From: Candidatus Eiseniibacteriota bacterium
Lineage (GTDB): Bacteria; Eisenbacteria; RBG-16-71-46; CAVPCR01; CBDCWB01
Length of the DNA stretch: 64,000 nt
NCBI GenBank assembly: GCA_965223205.1
Contig: CBDCWB010000021.1
Coordinates: forward strand, 377-64,376
Direction: 5' to 3'
Both the position numbers and the translations under genes were made by a program. A model generated the notes under the pieces. The model worked only from the letters and a program-made list of their open reading frames with translations. It was not told the DNA's origin and made no database searches. This document shows, piece after piece, positions 53,129 to 62,436 of this stretch. Every line of letters starts with the position of its first letter. Positions within the stretch are counted from its first letter, which is position 1.

Positions 53129-54860
53129 CACCCGCCTCCAAGCTGTCGCCACTCTTCAAAGGCGTCGAGGATCTGCTCGCCAGGAATGTCTGGGTTGTTT
53201 CGGCCTCCGTCCGGCACCTTCTGGTCCGGCTTGTACTCTCGGTGGAACCACCGGCGAAACTCCTTGTTTCGCCGCAGGGCCTCCTTAGCCTCCTTTACCC
53301 GATGCTCCAGCTGCTTCGCAGCCTTCTTCTTCCCCTTTGCGGAATCCGCTTCTTTGTTCCCATCCTCTTCCGTGCTCGCAGCGTCACCGCCGCTCTCCAG
53401 CAAGCTTAGCATCAGATCATTGATCAGCTCCCCAGCTTGCGGTAACACGATCGCCGTCGCGAGCGCAGCGGCGCCGGCAAGAACGACCGGGTTGGCCAGG
53501 AGAGGACCAAGCAGCGGCGCAGCAAGGGCGAGGGACTCGCCCGTTGGGTCACTCCAATCGAGAGGGTTGTTGCGAGCGTACGCGTACGGATGAAGTTGCA
53601 GCGGATCCGCGAGCAGCTTCTCCTCCGGTGCCATCAGTAGGATAGGATCCAAGCCACCAAAGCGTCCGTACCTGGCGATGTTGAAACGAGCGCCTTGACG
53701 CGTGAACCCGCCAAGCTCCTGCTCGCCCTTGTGATGCCGAAACGGCTGATCGTACCCACTCGACTCGAATCGGCGCGGCTCCCCGAACGGAAAGTAGTCA
53801 ATCCGCTGCATCACGCTGCCGTCAGCATTGGTTACCGCACGGACGCTCCCCTGCTCATCGACGTGACAATGTTGGATTAAGCCCCCATCGTCCACCGTGC
53901 CGAACAACCGACCATACGCGTACAGATACCGCTGCTTCTCAGTACCGTCGTTTTCGAAGAGACCAAGGAGCTTCCCACCCCGGCGCAGCGCGATCGTTGC
54001 ATCGATCACATCATCCACGGCGCTGTTCGTTCGCAGCTCCAAGCACGGTTCGCCCTCACCGTCCAGAAAGCTCTCTTTCGCAATCAAGTTGTCGCTCGTG
54101 GCCAGCGACTGACGCACCACGCGATTGTCATGCGAGTACCAGAAGTAGTGTGACCGGATGCCACGCGATCCTACATGCTCGTTGATCGCGATCACGTTGC
54201 CGTTGCCATCGTGAGCAAACTCGACCGAAGCCTCCGACGCCAAGTGATCCACCTTCGTCAACCGACTCGTCCCGGCCTCATGCAGGTAGCTGAAGTGATT
54301 CCCGTAGGGGCGCTCCACGCCGGTCCGAGTTCCCGTGTCATCGTACTCGAACGTCATGCTCGCGTCTGCATCAAACACCACGCTCTTCAGACGACCCAAC
54401 CCGTCCGTCCGGAAAATATGTGGTGGTGGCGAGGTTGTCGGTCGTCCGCTGGTGCATCGACGCATTCGGATAGTAGGAGAAGCTCTCTGAGAATACCGCG
54501 GTGCCGTCGCTGTCCACCTGATGGGTCGCCACGCGACCCCGATCCCTTCTTGGCGAAACACCTTGGAAACGCGCCCGCGATCGTCGTAGCGGTACTCAAG
54601 CGCCAAGCTGCTGCCCGGGTATTCAAGCTCAACCGCCTCGTCGAGCCAATCTTTCCCAACGTCTACGTCTTGCACGAGATAGTTCGACCCCGCACCTACC
54701 CCCTTCCACGTCGCGGCCTTCTCGAAAGTCACGTGCCCGGACGTGTCATACAAAAAGTCTCTGCGGGCTTCCCGCCAAGCGAGCCCGGCGACTAACCTGA
54801 GCAAGGCGACCCTCCATGTTCGTGCCAACGCCCGTGTCATAGCTGTACCAACCCGGCGGA
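53128..54860 (-). pseudogene. Orphan Rhs core plus helical toxin
   Basis: NNPLDWSDPTGE; CT EFRRWFHREYK...ILDAFEEWRQLG; upstream part carries deletions. Confidence 0.82.
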
Positions 54861-54864
54861 CGAC

Positions 54865-55180
54865 TCTTCTACGTAGTCTCCACATCGCTGCGGAACTGTG
54901 CATACGATCGTTTCACGTCATCACAATCCGGAAATACTGAAATCGCACGCTGATACCAGTTTTCGGCCTCGTCAGTACGATCCATTCTCCAGAGTGCGTT
55001 TGCCAAAAGCCATAGCCCAGCCATCTTCAGGGTTTAGCTCGATGGCTTTGCGAAGCGCCGAAATTGCTTCACATAATGTGTCGTTGTTTGCCGCTGTTTG
55101 TCTTCCCATGCCTGCCATGCCAATGCGTAGCTCTCATCCTTTTCAATCGCCGCACGAAAGTAGCCGATAGCTTCCTCTTC
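54865..55180 (-). pseudogene. 3' fragment of the TPR immunity gene
   Basis: Near-identical to 24305-24620. Confidence 0.8.
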
Positions 55181-55199
55181 CCGCCGCCGCCCTCGGTGT

Positions 55200-55748
55200 C
55201 TACGGAGGCTCTGCCCTTTCATACCGCGCAGACACCCCCAGGAGACGAATCCTGTCAGCATCACTCCACGAATCGTCAGCGGCGAATTCGTCAAAGTCAG
55301 AGCGTGCCTCAGGGACTCTCTTCCCCGTGGCTAGCTCCACGAAGGTTCTCGGGCCGGCCACCAAGAAGTAGTCGTCCGTCGTACACACCACGGCAAATGA
55401 GTAGTCTTCTGGAACAAGGGCGAAGTTGAAGTGTGCGCACTCCCGACTAAACAAAAGTAGGCCTACTTCTGTGACGTCAACTTCCAGAGCGTCTCTTACG
55501 TGCCGCAAGTCTTCGAGCGACACAGCTCTCAGTTTTGTTGCGCCAAAAGCAGTGGCAGCACTCGCGAGGCGCTCGGCATCCTGGTCGTCGAAGTGCTGTC
55601 CAGACTCCACGGGCACGACTAACCAACCTTGTTCCTTCAGAAAAGCTCGAGTGAACTGATGGCTACTTTCGAGGGCTTTCCCAGCCCACTCCTCCCAAGC
55701 TGCAGCCTTCGTCCCGTTCGATGCGCACCGTAAGCGTCTAGTTTCCAT
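55200..55748 (-). CDS. Putative immunity protein
   Basis: ATG overlaps the toxin end; GWLVVPVES...DYFLVAGPRTFVE. Confidence 0.65.
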   Translation of the reverse strand: METRRLRCASNGTKAAAWEEWAGKALESSHQFTRAFLKEQGWLVVPVESGQHFDDQDAERLASAATAFGATKLRAVSLEDLRHVRDALEVDVTEVGLLLFSRECAHFNFALVPEDYSFAVVCTTDDYFLVAGPRTFVELATGKRVPEARSDFDEFAADDSWSDADRIRLLGVSARYERAEPP

Positions 55749-56247
55749 ATCGAACCTTGATCGGCTTTTCCGAAGGCGGGTTGATCTGGATAGTTGGCGA
55801 CCCTTGGGTACTCCCCGGTCGGACGCTGATAGTCGAACCATCTGGGAGTGTCCCGGATCTGACTCCGCCGCCGTGATTCTTCACAGCCCCTCCGCCAACA
55901 AGGCTATCGAAGTCCTTGTTCGCCTGGTCAAGGCCTCCGCTCTTGTCGAACTGGCGCGTCTTTCCTGCCTTGCCCTTAGAGGCGCCCTTCAAGAGGTCAT
56001 CAACCGAGCCACCTGTTCTCCTTGCGGCAAGGGGGGAGCCCGACACGGAATCGTACTCCGCAAGCTCGTAGCTCGGGTGCAGTTTGAGGGGTAGAGCGCG
56101 CTGACCCGCGACGTGGGCCTGGTCGGCCAGGTCGAAAGCCCAGACGCGGTTTTGAGCACCGGTGGAGGAATCCGTCGACGGGATTCCCGGCACGAGCAAG
56201 CTCGCCAGGACGCACAGCAGCACGAGGATAGGCCGACGGCTTCCCAT
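55738..56247 (-). CDS. Mini-carrier polymorphic toxin 3 (BECR-fold RNase-like toxin)
   Basis: MGSRRPILVLLCVLASLLVPGI...SGSPLAARR; CT QFDKSGG..QA.KDFDSL...GTLPDGSTISVRPGS..GSPTIQI...IKVRY recalls the CdiA-CT NC101-type tRNase (from memory). Confidence 0.75.
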   Translation of the reverse strand: MGSRRPILVLLCVLASLLVPGIPSTDSSTGAQNRVWAFDLADQAHVAGQRALPLKLHPSYELAEYDSVSGSPLAARRTGGSVDDLLKGASKGKAGKTRQFDKSGGLDQANKDFDSLVGGGAVKNHGGGVRSGTLPDGSTISVRPGSTQGSPTIQINPPSEKPIKVRYGN

Positions 56248-56251
56248 CAGA

Positions 56252-56485
56252 TCACCCTTCCGGGATCACGAAGGTCTCGAAGCAATAAGGGCAGAGCCAT
56301 CCGCCCTCGGAACGGTAGCACTCGTCGTTTCCTGACAGAGTGACGTTGCACACCATGCAGTGCCCATGGTCGGCAACCTTCTCCCAACGACCGTTCTCCC
56401 AGACGTACGTCCGTGCCTCGGAGACGTTTTCCTGAAAGAACGATCGCTCGACCCGCGCTCCGTTCACCATCACCCATTCCGTCAT
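56252..56485 (-). CDS. Putative zinc-binding immunity protein
   Basis: DHGHCMVC...WLCPYCF; directly follows the toxin. Confidence 0.7.
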   Translation of the reverse strand: MTEWVMVNGARVERSFFQENVSEARTYVWENGRWEKVADHGHCMVCNVTLSGNDECYRSEGGWLCPYCFETFVIPEG

Positions 56486-56487
56486 GC

Positions 56488-58260
56488 TCAGCTTCCTCCT
56501 CCAAGCGGAACCTTCCGATCTGGTACTGGGCCTCGCGTTCGAATGTCAACGTGCGGTGGTCCGTGCGCAGGGTCGGTATGAACGTTGTACGAACGACCAG
56601 TCTTGGGGTTGTAGAAGGTGTCCGCGCCCGGACGTGAACTACGAGGTGGCCCAAACTTGTTGCCCAACGCCTCACCGGCCTCCTTGGCCGTCTTGTCACC
56701 AAAGAACTTCCCTGGAGTAGTGAGCCCTTTGCCTCCCCCCTTTGCGGCATCAGCACCTTCGTGCGTATCCCCCTCCGGGGTTGCAGCGTCACCATCGCTC
56801 TCTAGCAAGCTTAGCATCAGATCATTGATCAGCTCCCCAGCTTGCGGTAACACGATCGCCGTCGCGAGCGCAGCGGCGCCGGCAAGAACGACCGGGTTGG
56901 CCAGGAGAGGACCAAGCAGCGGCGCAGCAAGGGCGAGGGACTCGCCCGTTGGGTCACTCCAATCGAGAGGATTGTTGCGCGCGTAAGCGTAAGGATGAAG
57001 CCGGAGAGGATCCGCAAGCAGTTTCCTCTCCGGCGCCCTCCGCAGGATCGGATCCAAAGCACCAAAGCGCCCGTACCTAGCAATGTTGAAACGAGCACCC
57101 TGGCGGGTGAACCCGCCAAGCTCCCGCTCGCCCTTGTGATGCCGAAACGGCTGATCGTGCCCACTCGACTCGAGTCGGCGCGGCTCCCCGAACGGAAAGT
57201 AGTCAATCCGCTGCATCACGCTGCCGTCAGCATTGGTTACCGCACGGACGCTCCCCTGCTCATCGACGTGACAATGTTGGATTAAGCCCCCATCGTCCAC
57301 CGTGCCGAACAACCTCCCATCCGCGTACAAATACCGCTGCTTCCCGGTACCGTCATTTTCGAAGAGACCGAGGAGCTTCCCGCCCCGACGCAGCGCGATC
57401 GTTGCATCAGCCACGTCATCCACTGCGGTGTTCGTCCGCAGCTCGAGGCACGGTTCGCCATCCCCGTCCAAAAAGCTCTTCTTCGATATCAAATTGTCGC
57501 TCGTGGCCAGCGACTGACGCACCACGCGATTGTCATGCGAGTACCAGAAGTAGTGTGACCGGATGCCACGAGACCCAACGTGCTCGTTGATCGCGATCAC
57601 ATTGCCGTTGCCATCGTGAGCAATCTCGACCGAAGCCTCCGACGCCAAGTGATCCACCTTCGTCGCCCGACTCGTCACGGCTTCATGCAGGTAGCTGGAG
57701 TGATTCCCGTAGGGACGCTCCACGCCGGTACGAGTTCCCGTGTCATCGTACTCGAACGTCATGCTCGCGTCTGCATCAAACACCACGCTCTTCAGACAAC
57801 CCAACCCGTCCGGGAAATATGTGGTGGTGGCGAGGTTGTCGGTCGTCCGCTGGTGCATCGACGCATGCGGTGCCGTCGCTGCCCACCTGATGGGTCGCCA
57901 CGCGACCCCGATCCGTATAGGTGAGCGTCGTTTGTGGATTGCCAAGGCCCCCTTGATCCGCGAAGAGGAGTTCTTTCAGACGATCGTCATCGAAGTAGTC
58001 AAGCTCGAGAATCTGGTCGAGATCCAGCCCTTCTTGGCGAAACACCTTGGAAGCGCGCCCGCGATCATCGTAGCGGTATTCAAGCGCCAAGCTGCTGCCC
58101 GGGTACTCAAGCTCAATCGTCTCGTCAAGCCAATCTTGCTCAACGTCTACGTCTTGCACAAGATAGTTCGATCCCGCACCCACTCCCCTCCACGTCGCGG
58201 TCTTCTCGAAAGTCACGTGCCCGGACGTATCATACCAAAAGTCCCCAATGAAGTGCGGGC
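56488..58260 (-). pseudogene. Orphan Rhs core plus toxin (YNPKTGRS / PHVD type)
   Basis: NNPLDWSDPTGE, GADAAKGG; upstream deletion/frameshift; cut at 58260 by a transposon. Confidence 0.83.
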
Positions 58261-59182
58261 TGTAGCCCCGCAGTCTGTGCTGCCTGAATCCCTGCCGTCG
58301 TTTCCAAGCTGATCGCACAAAATAGGCGTTGCGGGCTAAGCTTCGTGGTTCTGAAACGAACACGCAGCTCAAACCCGCAACGGAGACGTGCGGTCGCGAC
58401 ACTGGTAGGAGCCAAACTCGCGGCGCACGCTGAGCGATCAGTGTACTGGCGTCGACGCTCCCCGTCTACATCGCCGTCATCGATGGCGAACAGTATGATG
58501 TGCGCACTCTGGCGGGCGAGGCTGGGCTTCAGTGCGCCCGGTGCGGGTCTGCGGGGTGCGCTCGTCGCCACCAGGTCCGGCACCGCAAGCGGGTGACCGA
58601 CCACTCCAGCGGCGAGGCGTTCGAGGACGTGCCGATCGTCCGGGTCAAGTTCTGCGACGGGGCGACGGCCTCCTGCATGCCGGCGGAGCTCTGGCGCGGC
58701 CGCAGCACGGTGAGTTCTGTCGTCGAGATCGTGGGTCGGGTTCTCAACGCCGGGACCGCTGGCGCTCTCGAGTGGTTGCTCTACAGCAGCAACACCGGCG
58801 AGGATCCGCTCAGTGAGCGCACCTTGCGCCGGTGGCGTGATCTGGTCAGCTCGCGGCTGATCGGCTCGGCACTCACCTGGCTTGGGCCGCGGCTCGGCAT
58901 CACCTGGTCGGATGCATGCAGCTCCGCCGAGCAGCTCGGGATTGTGCTTGAGCGCCTGACTCCCGAAGTGCAGCTCCGATTCCGCGGTGAGACCGGTCAC
59001 TCGGTGCTCGATACCGTGGCACGCCTCCCCGAACCTCCGCACTCTCGATCGCGCCCGATCCCGGGGCGCTTCGTTCGGGCTCCTCCACCCGATCCGCCTT
59101 CGCGTCTCCTTGCGCGCGGGGCTCGGTCCCCTCGCCCCGGCCGGAATCCACCGGGCGGTGACACCGAAGGAGATCAACCACC

Positions 59183-60148
59183 ATGGTCGAAGATAGAACC
59201 CGACCCCCAAACCCTCACCCCGCAACTGGGCAGTCTTCCGCTACGGACTCATCTCCGAGGCCACCCGTCCGCTTGCCTCCGAAGTCGCTTCCGAGATCCT
59301 CGACCGCGTCGCCGCGCGCCAACACTCTCTTCCCGACGGTTCCCTCAAGCGCTTCAGCACCTCGACTCTGCGATCGTGGCTCTACACCTACAAGCGCCAC
59401 GGACTCGACGGTCTGATGACTCGCACCCGTTCGGACAAAGGCACCTTCCGTGCGCTCTCAGACGACACCCAGGAGCTGATCGCCAGGCACCGCGTCCAGC
59501 ACCGCTCGATGTCGGTCAAGCTCTTTCACGAGATCCTTCTCCAAGACGGTGTCTTGCCCGAGGGGGTTACCGTTCGGCTCGGCACGCTCCGCCGCTTCCT
59601 CAAGGCGCGGGGTCTCGACAAACCGCTGCGCGGCCCCGGCAAGGCACGCGCCAAGTTCGAGATGCCACACCCCAACGACTTGTGGATCGCCGACTTCATG
59701 CACGGACCGCGCGTCGGCTCGGCGGGCCAAAAACGCAAGGCCATCCTCTGCGCCATCATCGACGATCACAGCCGCGCCATCACCGGCTCCCGCCTCGCCT
59801 TCTCCGAGGACACAGCAGACATCACCCACACCCTGCGGGACGCCATCGCCACCTACGGCTTGCCCAAGCGTTTCTACTGCGACAACGGGCCGGCCTTCAT
59901 CTCCCGTCAAGATCGACTCGACCTTCTACGAGGTCCCTCCTGAGCTTGTCGGCGCTCGAGTCGATATCCGCTACCCTGTCGCCGATCCCAAGACTCTCAT
60001 CCTCTATCGTGACGACAAGCCCGTCGGTCCCCTCCGGGTCGTTGATCTCGCCGACAACGCGCGCTTCCACGCCCCCACCCTCGACACCTCCTACTCCGAG
60101 TTCACAGAGCGCCCGGCGTCCGACCCAGACGAGGCACCGGCGTCATGA
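59183..60148 (+). pseudogene. DDE transposase, frameshifted and internally deleted
   Basis: Core motifs in 59416-59905, then a jump to a Mu-type C-terminus (FYEVPPELVGARVDIRY). Confidence 0.75.
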
Positions 60149-60936
60149 TCGAGGCCCGATTCGGACTCAAGCACCGTCCCTTCCACAAGAGCATCTCGAC
60201 GGGTGAGCTCTACTGCTGGCCCGGCCTCGAGGAGCTCGATCGGCGGCTCGAGATGGCGAAGCGAGCACGCGGCATCATGCTGTTGACCGGTGAGCCAGGT
60301 ACCGGCAAGACCGTGTCGCTGCGCCGCTTCGTCGACACACCCAACTCCGAGCATTACCGCTCGGTCTACGTGCCGCTGGCCACCGTCACTGTGCTCGACG
60401 CCTACGCCCAGCTCAACCGTGCCCTCGGCGGTCAGGAGATCCGCTCGAAGAGTCTCTTGTTTCGTGAGATTCAGAACGGCATCGCGCAACTCACTGCCCA
60501 GGGTACCCAGCCGGTTGTCATTTTAGATGAATCCGACCTGCTCCGCTCACCGGTGTTCGACGAGCTGCGCATTCTTTTCAATTTCGAGATGGACTCGAAG
60601 GACCCCGTACTCCTCATCCTGGTCGGGCAACCCCAGCTACTCGCCAAGCTCGCGCTGCGCGTCCACCTGCCCTTCCGCCAGCGCGTCGCCATGCGCTACC
60701 GCATGCCGGCGATGGATGAGACCCACACGCGAGGTTACGTCGAGCATCACTTGAAGCTCGCCGGGCGCACTGTGCGGCTGTTCACCGACGAGGCGATGAT
60801 GCAGCTGTTCGTTCAGTCCGCCGGCGTCCCACGTGCCATCGGCAATCTCGCCCTCGCCGCCATGTTCTCGGCCGCTTCCCGAAACCTCGACCTCGTCGAA
60901 CTCGACGATGTCATCGCCGCCTCCAAGATCGCCTGA
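60145..60936 (+). CDS. ExeA-like AAA ATPase (transposition helper)
   Basis: FGLKHRPF, TGEPGTGKT, ILDE, LILVGQPQL, GVPRAI. Confidence 0.85.
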   Translation: MIEARFGLKHRPFHKSISTGELYCWPGLEELDRRLEMAKRARGIMLLTGEPGTGKTVSLRRFVDTPNSEHYRSVYVPLATVTVLDAYAQLNRALGGQEIRSKSLLFREIQNGIAQLTAQGTQPVVILDESDLLRSPVFDELRILFNFEMDSKDPVLLILVGQPQLLAKLALRVHLPFRQRVAMRYRMPAMDETHTRGYVEHHLKLAGRTVRLFTDEAMMQLFVQSAGVPRAIGNLALAAMFSAASRNLDLVELDDVIAASKIA

Positions 60937-61205
60937 TGCTGCCACAATTCGACCTAGGCGATCTCGCCGAGGCCCTCACCGAGATCGTTACCGAGGATCT
61001 CGACTACCTCTACGGCCAGCGCATGCTCAACCACCGAGCTCAGGCGCAAGGACCTGAAGGCGATGCTGCACGGGCAGCAAACAGCATTGCCTACCTCGCC
61101 TCTCGATTGCTCCCCGAGATCCTGCGCTACCAGCGCGGCCTCATCCCCTTGCGACAGCAACAATCCTGTTGCTGCAGTGACGACGATGAAGACAGCCCCT
61201 GGTAG
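60936..61205 (+). CDS. Small hypothetical protein
   Basis: TGATG coupling to the ATPase; acidic tail ending in PW. Confidence 0.5.
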   Translation: MLPQFDLGDLAEALTEIVTEDLDYLYGQRMLNHRAQAQGPEGDAARAANSIAYLASRLLPEILRYQRGLIPLRQQQSCCCSDDDEDSPW

Positions 61206-61469
61206 GGCAGTCCAACCCGCTCCTCGAACATCATGGGCCGGCAGATCGTAGAGTCTGCCGGCCCAGGTCGTTCCTACAAACTCGGAGATTCGAGTACTAC
61301 ACACTCCGCAATCAGCAACAACCAACCAAAATGCTGACTTCTGCTACTCGACACCCTACGATATGCTACGCTGTTCTGCATTGAACACCGAACGTAGAAT
61401 AATGTGGCGCGTTACACAAGGTCAGACCGGAAAACCTCGACCCATCGAATCCTCTGGGCGTACAACGCA

Positions 61470-61832
61470 CTACCCCGTTTTAGGCGGAAACGGAATGTGC
61501 GTCTCTGGACTACCACCCGGTTTCATCGTCGATGGGTCGATTGGGTGCCAACTTCCATCCTTCATCGGCTTCTCCAGTTTCCAATACCCATCGGGATACT
61601 GCTCCGTTGGCGGCAAGGAGGGAGCCGGACGCGAGATCGTCGTACGTCGGCGCGCATCCCCGGTGCAGTTCGAGGGTTAGCGAGCGTTCGACCCCGACGC
61701 AGCCCCCGTCCGCGAGGTCGAAAGCCCTGACGCGAGTTTCGGCCCCGGAGGCCTGCTCGCCGACGCGATCCCCGGGACGAGCAGGCTCGCCAGGACGCAG
61801 AGGAGCATGAGGATCGGGCCGCGGCTTCGCAT
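61470..61832 (-). pseudogene. Mini-carrier polymorphic toxin 4 (frameshifted)
   Basis: MRSRGPILMLLCVLASLLVPGIASA, ETRVRAFDLAD...SGSLLAA; toxin-like tail PTEQYPDGYWK...PIDPSTMKPGGSPETHIPFP lies in another frame. Confidence 0.7.
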
Positions 61833-62154
61833 GCACCCAGTCTCTCTCATCGCGGCGCCGGCGCCAAACTCGTGGCTCCCGGAGGGTGGCCCGCGGTCTC
61901 CGTGCTCGCGCTGCGGCCGCCTTCGACGCCAACCTCGGGCCCCGAGCTCATTCCGGAGGTCGTGGGCTCCCTTTCCAGCCGAGTCACCCGCCCGAAGTAC
62001 TCCACTTCGTCGCCCGAGACGCGAAGACCGTCCAGGCGGTCCACTTCCTGCCTAGCAGGATCCTCTCGTGCACATGTTGCATCTTGGCCCAGACGTTCTC
62101 CGGATACTTCCGAGGACGCACTCTCGACGCGAAGACCCAAGCAGCCCACCCCGC

Positions 62155-62424
62155 TCAGACTTCCTTCGCATTCGACTGCTCGTTCTCTCCAACAAGCGTG
62201 ATCCGGAGGTGATTCACGAGAACCGTGCTTCTCCCGCGAGTCGACTCACTCAAAGAGTCGCCCCCCCATGACGGTGTCATGAAGTGGCAGTGATCTCCCG
62301 ACTCCTTCAGATGACCGAGTTGCTGAAGCAAAGCGGCCAACCCTTCCGAGTCTAGATACAGCTCGATCTCGGTCTTTGCATCGCCCAGTAGTTCCAGATC
62401 TTTCAGTTCCGCCGAAAAGTGCAT
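62155..62424 (-). CDS. Imm32-like immunity protein
   Basis: DHCHFMTPSWGGDSLSE motif; GGAGG SD; directly after the toxin. Confidence 0.75.
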   Translation of the reverse strand: MHFSAELKDLELLGDAKTEIELYLDSEGLAALLQQLGHLKESGDHCHFMTPSWGGDSLSESTRGRSTVLVNHLRITLVGENEQSNAKEV

Positions 62425-62436
62425 CTTCAGAACCTC

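Larger units (their letters stand above)
58261..61416 (+). mobile_element. TGT...ACA-ended transposon: Cys-motif ORF, degraded Mu/IS481-like DDE transposase, ExeA-like ATPase, small ORF
   Basis: Rhs sequence stops at TGTAGCCCCG (58261); candidate right end GCGCGTTACA (61416); LWIADFMHG, IDDHSR, YCDNGPAF. Confidence 0.65.

Noticed and set aside
58500-60206. 568 aa ORF as a single protein
   Set aside because: Only the N-terminal part looks coding; the rest is an off-frame read through the frameshifted transposase.
61847-62149. Possible extra immunity ORF
   Set aside because: No convincing start, motif or preferred frame; left uncalled.
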